A stretch of 63,996 nt of DNA, the filler included, from Octopus bimaculoides (lineage: Eukaryota): assembly GCF_001194135.2 (NCBI RefSeq). It is 3 parts of 2 records of this genome, joined end to end, with 100 filler letters (N's around TTAATTAATTAA, not from the genome) between each part and the next. Parts side by side here need not be neighbours in the genome. Positions count along the whole stretch, not along the records: positions 1 to 19,571 come from NC_068996.1; positions 19,672 to 50,428 come from NC_068989.1; 1 more part is not named here. One strand, given 5' to 3'. Shown here piece after piece: positions 13,740 to 24,311 of the stretch. A program made the translations under genes and the position numbers. Position 1 is the stretch's first letter, and each line of letters opens with the position of its first letter. The notes below the pieces were generated by a model, which worked only from the letters and a program-made list of their open reading frames with translations, made no database searches and was not told the origin of the DNA.

Positions 13740-14578
13740 AGTAAATGTTACTCGTTGTGCCCCACCCAACCTTACTAGAAACAGAACAGACTTTCAGAAT
13801 ATTATTTATTATTATGGCAACAAAGTTTACCTGTTGCATTTCTTGTCAGACAGTTCAGCTGTCTCTGTGTGATCTTCTTTCTAACCTTTGGCAGGTCTTC
13901 GTAAAGGCAATTCATTTGTCATGTATTGTTGCCATTTCACATTTAGAGCCATTTGTAGCATCCTTCTGTAGCATCCATTTAGCCCATTTGATAATTTCTT
14001 TGACAGAGTTCATATTTCATTTCCATATAACAGCACCGATTCAACAGTTGCAATGAACAGCTTCATTTTGATTTGTCTGGGCAATTTGGTGTTCCAGACT
14101 TTCTTTAGTTTGTGACAGGCTGTCCATTCTTGTGTTTTCTTGATCTTGATGTCTGCTTCCAAGCTGCTCACCCAACCACTTAAGTACCTGAAGTCTTCAG
14201 CAACATTCAATTTAGAACCACTCAGAACAAACTATTCAGTATCATTTGATAGGTTGAATGACATGTATTCCATTTTCTTGGTGTTTGTATGCAGCCCTAT
14301 CTTTGCAGCTGATGCTTCTACTCTGCTGAACATCTGTTGAGCTTGATCTATTAGATATGAGTGATCTATTCGATAAGAGTGCTGCATCATCTGTGAAGTC
14401 CAGGTCTGTGATGGTTACTGCTGGCACTCTCTATAATCATTGCTGGTCTATGATGAAACCAAGGTCTTTATCACTGTGATCTATTGGATTATGCATTGCA
14501 TTATCCAATACAATTACAAACAGATATGGTGCAAGTGTATCTCTTTGTAGCACCCCCACCTAGTATTTGAAAGAATTC
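13740..14578 (-). mobile_element. RTE-type LINE, RT C-terminal half and downstream region
   Basis: EFFQI.GGVLQRDTLAPYLFVIVLD, DLDFTDDAALL, DFRYLSGWV and ESVLLYG. Confidence 0.9.
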
Positions 14579-15141
14579 AGAGTGCCAAAAATTAACTGAA
14601 AGAGAGCAAAGCTGCTGGCCCTGATGAAATTCCCCCTGAATTTATCAAGAGGTACAATCTGGATGAAACAGATTTTACGAATAAGCTCTTGCAGAACCAA
14701 GAAAGTCCAGATCACTAGTTCAAGATTAACTTGATACCAATCCCATTGTCAGGAAACCTCAGCAATGGAACTAACTACAGAAGAATTGCACTGTCAAATA
14801 ATATCTCATTCAAATTCATCAATCGAATGATCCTCAACAGGATTCAACAGTTGCTTGACAGTCATCAAAGATCAAATCAAAATGGATTTAGACCAGAGAG
14901 AGAGCCACAACATCTCAGATCTTAGCCCTGAGGCATATCATAGGAGTTAAATCAAGACTGCTACCTACCATTATAACCTTCATGGATTTCAGCAATGGGT
15001 TTGACAGCACCCATATTTCAAAATATTGAAGATCCTTCAAGTATATGGCATTCTAGAAGAACTGGTTCTTGCGATTACGAAGACCTATGGGAAGACCAGA
15101 ACTCGTATGTTATCATGTATTCGAGAAATGGAATTCTTTCA
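14568..15141 (+). mobile_element. Inverted internal segment of the same RTE LINE (RT N-terminal half)
   Basis: KAAGPDEIPPE, LIPIPLSGNLS...NYRRIAL, NQNGFRP, FMDFSNGFDS and YGILEELV...EMEFF, on the opposite strand to the rest of the element. Confidence 0.9.
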
Positions 15142-15644
15142 GAATAGCTGTCCTATATATGTTGGAATTCTGAAAACTTTGTCAGGATTATCCCTTTTTT
15201 TCATGCACTGCAAAACAATGAAGGGAAGCCTTTTTCAAACAAAAGTTTTTAAAATCCATGTCTTTTCGATGTTTGTCTCTCCCCTCACACAAACACACTC
15301 ATCATACCTTTGGAACAACAACCACTAAAATGATATATCTTTCTTTTTCGTAATTTTCTGTCATTTTATCATATTCTACATTCTGTTGTAACTCATGTCA
15401 AAGAAAAAAATCTTACCCCTTCTTCCATCCTTCATTGTACCTTTCACAATAAAGGAAAAGTCAAACACTGCAAGTGAATATGTGAAAAATAAATTTGAAT
15501 CTTGAAAAGTATAGGAGAGTATTGTAGTTCACTTGAAGCATTGTGTATTGTTTGTAAAGAATAAAAAGTTTAGAAAGGTATAACAGTGCACTATAATACA
15601 AAAAATGGACTATATACCTGTTGTAATTTGGTTATCTATAGTCC

Positions 15645-15680
15645 GATGATATTTCGGAATTACAATTCCTTCTTCAGATC
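15645..15680 (-). ncRNA. Minimal hammerhead ribozyme motif (PLE type, short stem III)
   Basis: GAU CUGAAGA A GGAAU UGUA AUUCC GAAAU AUC AUC: all core nucleotides, 5-bp stem II, palindromic stem III, 3-bp stem I. Confidence 0.6.
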
Positions 15681-16607
15681 TTCTTTGCTGGAGTCTCTGC
15701 TATAAAAGTATATCTATAAAGTGACATTTTCAGTTGTTTATTTAAACTTTCTCTGCTACCTCATCAAATATAATTACATGCGAAAGATGGGTTTTGAGAT
15801 ATAAATTTGCTAATTTTCCAAAATTTTCAATCTTTTGCATGACGGGGCCCACTGAATTTCAAGTACCCCAGTGCCCCCATGGTTTAAATCTGGTCCTGGA
15901 GAAAGGGTCTTCAGACATTGGGCCTCACAGAGAGGATGACAGGGAACTGAGACTTCTGGCCATTTGCTATGTTTGAGAAGACACATCAAGCTAAGTAAAA
16001 TCATGGTTGTCCTTGCATACAGGCACGTCCCCCTGCATCCCTCTTCAGCTGAGTAATCTTTATCTTGCAGGCTCATGGGTGCTGGTGCCATGTAAAAATC
16101 ACCCATACTGGTGCTACATAAATGCACCCATGCCGGTGCTGCATAAATGCACCCAACACACTCTGTAAAGAGGTTGGTGTTAGAAAAGGCATCCAGCCAT
16201 AGAAACTAGGTCAAAACAGACATGAAATCTGGGTAGCTCTTCAGTGGCAAGCTCCTGTCAAACTGTCCAACCCATGCCAGCATGGAAAACAGCTGCTAAA
16301 TGTTGATATTATTTACCCTGGGTCAGATTCTGTGGTGAGGCTCAGTAATTCAGGTATTTTGGCAAATATGGTGCTACTCCTTACTCCATCATTGCTCCCA
16401 GGTTTGTTCTAACCTGGGTTGGTAGTTACTTTTTAGTTACCCCAGTTATAGATCAAATGATAGAAGATGGACCTTTCATTGAAGTATACAGAACTTGGAG
16501 GAGAAATGGCCTTGAAACATGGGTCCTACAGGCTCTCAGGTACATGAACATGGCTTCGTGTCATGGGAACCAGTTCCCCTACCTAAGATTGAAATGGGCC
16601 CATTGCC

Positions 16608-16832
16608 TTAACCCTTTAGTATTTAAACCAATCATATCATGGCCAATCATGCTACCTTTATGTTCAAACTGGCCAGATCTCGCTTCTCACACCTACCCTA
16701 TGATGTCATTTTAAAAATAAGCCATTACATCATCAAAATCTCAGAGTTAAAAGACAGTTCATGATTAATTCAAGACAATCTTAATAAATAAGCTTTACAT
16801 TTGATAGAATAATTTGAATGCTAAATGGTTTA
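16608..16832. mobile_element. piggyBac-like MITE
   Basis: TTAA|CCCTTTAG left end and decayed ctaaatggttta right end. Confidence 0.6.
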
Positions 16833-18049
16833 CGGTAAGTTCAGGAAAGCAGGAGACTTGTTGGATAAACTATAAATAAACTAAATAAACTGACAGAAAG
16901 CAATGCAAACCACTGCTGTATCTGTACTACAAAAAATCATGAATCCTCACACTTTGGCATAAAATTCCACGAATGCTGATTCCTACAGACTTGGCACATG
17001 AAAACAGAGAAATATTTTTTGTGGAATATTATATATAAGGAGCATAAACAGGGTGTTCAAAACTATTACTATTTTTATTCTCAGAATAAAATATTTAATC
17101 AATGAAACTCTACAGAAGACTCAGAAATTGAGTAAAAGACCGCATATTGTCAATGTATTTGTATCTCGAAAGTCTTAGAAGGAAGTCTTTTTTTCATTGA
17201 TATCAATAAGCGATACTTGTATGATGTGATACTTAACTGATCATCAGTTGATGTAATCTGCTGTCTGCACTTGTAGAATAATAAAATTATTTTTATGAGT
17301 TTATTAACTTTGTTCTGAAAAGTGATTTTAATAAGGTATATACTTTACCTCTTTGTTGCAATTCTTGAAGTAGCATCTTGCACTCCCAAGTGTGTGGACA
17401 CCCAGGTTGTAAGATCCCAGCACAGAAATGCCCTTTTTAAAAATTGTTATTAGTTGTGTGGCTTAACCCCAGATTATCTCTCTGATTGAGTTGATCCAAT
17501 ATCAATGGTGTTTCAGCTATGACCCTACATTTAGGATGTGGTCCAAGGGAGATTTGACTGCTATTTCTGTTTGTCTTTCTGTGCATATCCCTGCAAATAC
17601 ACATAAAATATGCATTGTGTTTACTTATACATAGCTAAAGCCACACAACAATGCTAAATACACACACTTATGATAGAAGTGAGCAAACAATGTTGGTATA
17701 TTGTTTAGTATGGTAACTGAGTGCAATCTTGACCTCAATAAACCTTTGTGATTAATGCTGGCCAGCCAGCAATGGAAGGTGGTCGTTAAATGATGATGAT
17801 GACCATCATCATCATTATCATTATAGAAATATATATATATCTTCACACAGGCATACATAATTGCATTTGTGGATGTGGTGTGTATGGGTGTTGTTATTGT
17901 TACATGCACCCACTCACACATGCAGCAGCCCAGGAACAAAATTCACTTAGGGAGTGCAAATCCAGGTCCAAATTTTTTAATGAAAAATGTGGATTTTTTC
18001 AATGTTAACATTAAAACAAGTGCAGTTATAACAATAATTTTTATTGTTA

Positions 18050-18545
18050 TGAGGGTCAGTTGAACTGTTCATAGACTGAGCAAGACACTCTCATGGAATG
18101 TGACCAATGAAGTTCATTTTTTAACGTAGTTCCTCTTAATGTCCACACATCAGTAGTTGCAGTGCTTGGATCACACTGGGAAGAAGTTATCCTTTGGTCA
18201 AAATCGTCACCAACAGCAGATAAGATGTCATCATCACAGTGATACTGGTGTCCAGCTGAATGTTTTTGTATGTCGGGGAAACAGATGATAACCAGATGGT
18301 ACCAAATCACTAACATAGGGAGGTGATCAACCAGTTCAAAACCAGTCACGCGTAACACCCATTGAAATCAAGGACTTGTGTGTTGAAGCATTCTCCTAAT
18401 GAAACAAGACCCATTCATCAGTTTTTCTGGGTGTTTGGTCTTGATAGCCTTTCATAACTGCCTTAGCAAGTTGACAATGAACTTTCCATTGAGGGTGAGA
18501 TCATTTTGAAGATAATCAATAAACCCGATATTTTTTGCATTAACG
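18050..18545 (-). mobile_element. Mariner transposase 3-prime remnant with one TIR
   Basis: IDYLQ...NG...NLLRQL and GFELVDH segments; ta|tgagggtcagttgaa TIR end. Confidence 0.75.
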
Positions 18546-18729
18546 TATAGTCTATGTAATAATGTGAAGTATATTTTGTATATTAAACTGTTTAATTTTG
18601 GAAATATATCAAACAAAGCAAACATAAGCAGTAAAAATACAAATTGCAAGTATTTCAAAATGTTTGACACTACATGATGTAAACTAACAAAAAAGGAAGA
18701 AAATGGTGGTGCTTGTGTTCCAAGGTACA

Positions 18730-19250
18730 ATGAGAAGGCTCAGGAAAAGGATAGAAAGATGGGATAGAAGGAAAATGAGATAGAAGGATAGAAAAGAATG
18801 AAAAGGGAAAAGGTAAACTGGGGGTCTGAAGTGAATGCTAGGCAGGAGATGAAACAAAATACATGTCTTACCTATGCACTGGTCAAATAGAAAAAAAGAT
18901 GAGTGAAAAAGATTGGATGGTCTTTTGGTACCAAAAAGTGAAGAATGAGAGACAGAGGGGAGTAGAGAAAGTTGAGGAAGAGCAAGTATGAAGAAAGAGG
19001 AAGTGCAGAGAAAAAAGGGAATAAAGATAGACAGTAGGTAGTTGACAGAGATGAATAGAGGAAGAAATGGGAGGTAGTAATAAGAGAAAAGCAGCAGACA
19101 GGTAGAGAGGCAGACAAAAATGGCTGGGGAAGGCTTTGTACACAAGAGGGGAGAGGAGACGGACAGAGAAATAGATGGAGAAAAGAGAAAGTCTTGCATC
19201 AAATATTGAACACTGACTGGGGTACCACTGAGTGGGAACAGAAGTGGGGT
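18730..19250. repeat. Purine-rich low-complexity tract
   Basis: Strong GA bias on the + strand; produces the L/S/F-rich minus-strand ORFs. Confidence 0.75.
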
Positions 19251-19314
19251 GTGTGACATTACATTGACCAACAACCGTAAAGTAGTCAACACGCACACGC
19301 ACACACACACACAT

Positions 19315-19499
19315 AACAATTACAGCATGGAAGGTGTTTATAAGCCATTAAAAAACACGCAAAAACCGTTAGATTCACTTCAACATTTAAATTTAATTTG
19401 CCAAAATATTTTCACTTTAAATTTAAATGTTGAAGTGAATCTAACGGTTTTTGTGTGTTTCTTAAATGGTTTATAAACACCTTCCATGCTGCAATTGTT
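19315..19499. repeat. Near-perfect 185-bp palindrome (fold-back MITE)
   Basis: Arms 19315-19396 and 19417-19499 are reverse complements with few mismatches; 20-nt loop. Confidence 0.92.
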
Positions 19500-19571
19500 T
19501 TTGTTCCAGTACACTTTCTCAGATCAGGTCACTTGCTATGCAAGTGCATCTCCACAATATATATATATATA

Positions 19572-19671
19572 NNNNNNNNNNNNNNNNNNNNNNNNNNNNN
19601 NNNNNNNNNNNNNNNTTAATTAATTAANNNNNNNNNNNNNNNNNNNNNNNNNNNNNNNNNNNNNNNNNNNN
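19572..19671. other. Artificial assembly spacer N44-TTAATTAATTAA-N44
   Basis: Exactly 100 bp; the 12-mer has stops in all six frames; identical to 50429-50528. Confidence 0.95.
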
Positions 19672-19849
19672 GTATTCGTTTGACGTTCCGTGTGTCACTG
19701 TGGTTCGTCTGAGTTCATTGTTTCATTGTTGTTGTTTTGAATGACTGGGGTAGTAGAATGTCATTGATATATATGGCGGACATGATATATATGGCGGACA
19801 TGACTTTGTATGTAATTGAATAATAAATGTAATAATTAAATTGTACAAC

Positions 19850-20220
19850 TCGTTGTGTTATCTCTGCGAGTCTTCCGAGGGAAATACAACACGATTGTTG
19901 CTCCATGATAGATGTTTTGAACCATCAATCACTAGAAAATATGGGATAGGGGTGCAATTGTGAATTCATCCTTGAGAAATGTCACCAAACAATCCATCAG
20001 CCCTCCCTCATGCTTGGAATCATTTATGTTGGTCTTCTGTATGATATGCAGTATGGTAATGGTTAGGGGTATTGAGTCAGGCAAATCTGAGCAAGTTCTA
20101 CTAGATGACAGAGACTGCCTGGAGACTCTGAAGAGAACCCTGAACATACATCACACTGCTGTGAAGAAAGCTCTATGGCTTTTGACACGATTAAAAGATT
20201 GGTGTTTTGACGTACTTTGA
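19850..20220 (-). mobile_element. Possible decayed LINE fragment
   Basis: Weak similarity only (KHEGGLMDCL, IAPLSHIF, GATIV); no strand has a continuous frame across the region. Confidence 0.25.
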
Positions 20221-20493
20221 ACTTCAAGGGAAGGTTAATGATGGACGTAAAACTTCAACGTGTGCATATTCATTTTTAAAGATGAAAGGCAAAAGAAAGC
20301 AAGCTGTCAAGAACGATTAGATATTCATGGTTATCAGCTGAGAAGAGATAATTAAACTAAAGTAGGGTAGAAAACCAGCTGCTGCTCATGAATGAAGGGC
20401 TTTATGATCAGCCATAAACTCCTTTTCTCAGCACGTCCTAAGGATATGATTTCTAGATTATTTTGTGGTCTTGTAAGGCCATAAGGACTTGTA

Positions 20494-20612
20494 GTGGCGC
20501 GAAATTATAGCCGCCATTGAGGAAGTACTATTCTGCACATGCACAAGGGACTTCACCACCGGAAGCCCCTCGAGTGTGCAAGCGTAGTAAAACTAGTACT
20601 TAAAGAGTGAGT
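20494..20612. promoter_or_regulatory. Candidate bidirectional housekeeping-type promoter
   Basis: E2F-like TTTCGCGC (-), YY1-like CCGCCAT (20511), ETS GGAAGT and CCGGAAG, NRF1-like TGCACATGCA, and a + strand donor AGA|GTGAGT at 20607. Confidence 0.4.
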
Positions 20613-21099
20613 TTCACTTTCTTAAGCAGTTGAGCGACAGACCTTCTACGTGACAACTCCTCACTCCTCAACGAAGCACTTCACCACGATACCTTCGATG
20701 GTGATAGCTACTTGCTTCTCTGGCAGGCATCAAGGTAGCTCTTATCTTTCCAATACCAACCACAACTTAATCAGCGGCTGCTAAGCTGAATGACAGGAAT
20801 TGCGAAACCAAGCATCATCAAAAATAAAACTTATTTTTATTATGTTGTTGAATTGTTCTACTATTCCTTAATATAGAATTATGTTGAAAGGTGATAGAAA
20901 GAGACTAAAGTCTCTAATGACAACTATCAAAACTTTTACAGACTTGTTTACCCATCCACCTGATCACAACATGCCAACAAAAATCATATCAGCGTTAACC
21001 ATATTACTGTAAAAGTAACTATGAGCCAGGGATGAACGTAATTTCGAAAAAGATTGTTACAGTGATCCTTGTGTTTCTTCCAAATACAAACGTGTGATG

Positions 21100-22060
21100 C
21101 ATCTACTCGGTTTCTCTCTTTGCCTTTTTATCGCTTTTGAAAACAATATAGTGTCGCATGTCCTTCCTTGCCCAATATAGGTGAATTCATTTTACGTATC
21201 AGCGACGGCTGCCTCCAACACTTTCCGGAGAGCGCAAGGGAAGCCCCTGTAGCTTTAGAAATACACAGATAGTGGTTACTTCCCTTTACTGGTAAAATAC
21301 TGAGGTCGATTTAATCGATTGCTCGCTTTGAACAGAAGATAATTTTGAACCTGACAAGGGTTTAGTCCAAGAAATATTTGTAATAGAATTGTCTCACCAG
21401 AGGTTTTACTTCTTTGCTTGAATAACTTATTCAACGGTAACTAAGGAAAAGTCAAAGTACCTCTGTTTTATGAAGATGAGCAGAACTTACTCTATACTTT
21501 CGAGCGATCAATTAAAGGAATCACTGACCGATGTATGGACTAGGATCTTACCCAGCAATATGATCGAGATTAATGGTACCACCTTCCTGGTGGAAACTGT
21601 ATAGGAAACATCCACCCATAGGTTCGTATCTTAGTACATGGGCCAGCCTAATACTAAGGAGTTGGCAGTGGTGTTGGCTTCTGGCTCGTTTTCTAAATTA
21701 GTAAAAAAGAAAGTAGCCCAGCAGTAGGTTTCAGAGACCGTCTTTCCAACAACACAAATGGTTAAAGCCTTGAAATGGCAAAGATGCACTCGTCCTCCTT
21801 GTGAATGATCTGAAGATTTATGCTAACAAATGTTTATAATGCCAAAAAACAACTGAACTTAATAACATTTTTAGCTGACATAGGAATGGGATTCAGCCAA
21901 AAGCAGTGTTCGTATTTCATTACTGAACGTGGAAAATCAGTCTCCCAAACCCAAAATATGTGCACCAACGGTTTTTCTATCACTTGTGCTCCCCACAAAG
22001 AACACTGCAAATATCTAGGCATTGGTAAAATCACAACATACTGAGAATAACGATAGAGAA
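21100..22060 (+). mobile_element. RLE-clade (R4/NeSL-like) LINE RT fragment
   Basis: VNDLKIYA (FxDD box), KQLNLIT..DIGMGF..KQCSYF..ERGK and CKYLGI at 21780-22045; upstream extent uncertain. Confidence 0.7.
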
Positions 22061-22108
22061 ACTCGAACAAAATACCCGATTTTAAAAGGATTGACGTAAC
22101 TCAAAGGC

Positions 22109-22328
22109 AAACAATATGAAGAGCGCAATGCGATAGCAATAGATATTTTAATGGTTGAACGATAATTCAACAACAAGCCTGTCTTTGTCGAGTTCAAAGT
22201 GAAAAGTGATAAAAATTCAAAATTATAGAAATTCAAACCCAAAATATAAACGAGAGCAACCAGCGTCCACGCGTTGATGGAATGACATCAGCAGTCTTCA
22301 AAGTTCAGTTTTGCAACTGGCAAAAAAG

Positions 22329-22379
<51 letters not shown>

Positions 22380-22819
22380 AAAGGAAAGGAAATAAAAGAG
22401 AAAAGGAAAAAGAAGAATATTCAATCAAAGTTTTGTGAAAATTTGAGGAAATTCTCCCGTCATTTTATTTATTCCTCCAGGGCGTGATGTTAAGAACCCG
22501 AATGAGGAGAAATNNNNNNNNNNNNNNNNNNNNNNNNNNNNNNNNNNNNNNNNNNNNNNNNNNNNNNNNNNNNNNNNNNNNNNNNNNNNNNNNNNNNNNN
22601 NNNNNNNNNNNNNNNNNNNNNNNNNNNNNNNNNNNNNNNNNNNNNNNNNNNNNNNNNNNNNNNNNNNNNNNNNNNNNNNNNNNNNNNNNNNNNNNNNTTT
22701 GAATTTCTATAATTTTGAATTTTTATCCCTTTTCATTTTGAAAAGACAGGCTTGCAGTCGAAATGTCGTTCATCTAATAAAATATACATTGCAATCGCAT
22801 CGCGCTCTTCGTATTGTTT
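22109..22819. repeat. Long inverted repeat (about 125-bp arms) enclosing (GAAA)n and an N gap
   Basis: 22109-22236 versus the reverse complement of 22699-22819, roughly 80 percent identical by eye. Confidence 0.85.
22330..22380. repeat. (GAAA)n microsatellite
   Basis: Direct reading. Confidence 0.95.
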
Positions 22820-24285
22820 AAGTATAATAATAATAATGAAGTAGACTAACATACCAAATTTCGAACCCGTTGAAGGTATGCGAGATACCGAAATATTGTG
22901 TTCAGCAAATTTAATTATGGAACTCTTCTTCTTTATTTATATATTCCCTCCAGAGGAGTCATAGCAGTCCTATATTATCTATAATAATAATAATTATTAT
23001 TATTATTATAACAACAACAACAAAAACTTGATTCTGCACGCGCACACATAAGGATGTAAACATTGTTTCTATTTACTGATGTGCAGAGAAAGTGGAAAGG
23101 AAATCCTATATCGGGTTTATTGAGAGTTCCTCAGAGAAGACGTATCCGGCTACGCTCCACAACCAATAGCATAAAGCAGTCACGTATTGGGCTAGCACCA
23201 GGAGGATAAGAATGTAAGCATACTTTTCCCATGGTGATATGCAGAAAAAGAAGAGGAGAACCTCTACACATTAAAAGCGTAGAAAGAAAGTGTTTACATT
23301 CTTATTTCATTCACAGTAAGGTTTGTGATGTTTAGTACAAGTTCCTTAATGACTTGTTCACGGCGATGTTGTTTAACCCCAATAAAACCTGAAAAAGTTC
23401 GTCATAACTACATCCTTTATTCAGGCGTATTATACTTCGATCATCCACTGTGGTTTTAATTTTTCAAGGTGTAATCTAAGAGAGCCTTAGCTGATTTTCT
23501 AGCAGGTCGAGCATCTATATAAAGACTGTTTGTAGGCTTGATAAAGCAAGTACCAGTAATACACTGCTAGCAACTCAGTTGACTATACGCTACCGAGTAT
23601 TGCTATAAGGTCTTTGGATACATCACACTGCTGAAAAATAATGTCAACTAATTTCTTTCTTCCATATCTTTCCTTACTTGAATGTTGGAACATGTATTTA
23701 TGTATGTCATTACTTAGTTTATTTCAAGAGTTCTTGACAATAGAGAAAGAACCGGTTTCTAACCTAGATCCAAGGTTCCTTCATTGGAGTTTCAACATTA
23801 ATGGTCCGGCAAGAAATATTTGACACATCTTCAAATTGCCCAAAACCCTCATAAAAAAGACACATTGGATAATAAGAGTAAAAAGTGTAGGGAGGTTTAC
23901 AGGTAGAACACTTTTCCTCGTAAGTCTACTGGATCTTGACTATACCCAAGTTAAGCAACATCAAAGAATGCAATAACCACCTTTAAGTTAAGGAAGATAA
24001 CTTTCCTACCACTTTCATTTATATAATAGAGTATTATCCCTTGTCACTTCTAGCTATTAAGACAAAACAAATCGATCAATTTTAAAGCGGAATCTTAAAA
24101 ATTTTTTTCTGAACTTTCTACGATTATCGTTTTGCCTTTCAAAGTCCCACAGTTTTTATATTTCATGTTTGTTTGTAAACATTATTTATTTATGTTTTAT
24201 CGGTACTAAACTTGTCTTTTTTTTTTAGCTAATCTTCCTATATATTATCGACTAGTCAGTACTTTAAACATCAGCAAGGTGGAAG

Positions 24286-24311
24286 ATGGCGACGTTCTCC
24301 AATGTTGTAAT
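24286..24311 (+). CDS. MICOS13: MICOS complex subunit MIC13/QIL1, coding exon 1 (MATFSNVV, phase 2)
   Basis: gaagATGGCG start context; AT|GTAAGT donor; splices in frame to 28881. Confidence 0.88.

Noticed and set aside
9650-15898. hAT-like ends cagggctggattta and taaatctggtcctg as one 6.2-kb element
   Set aside because: The 8-bp flanks differ (ctcatggt versus gagaaagg), so there is no TSD; probably two independent small relics.
18684-19319. 211-aa hydrophobic ORF
   Set aside because: Antisense reading of a purine-rich low-complexity tract; no splice or family support.
23222-23236. tcaccATGGGAAAA|GTATGC as a first exon on -
   Set aside because: Only three codons; cannot be tied to downstream exons from sequence alone.
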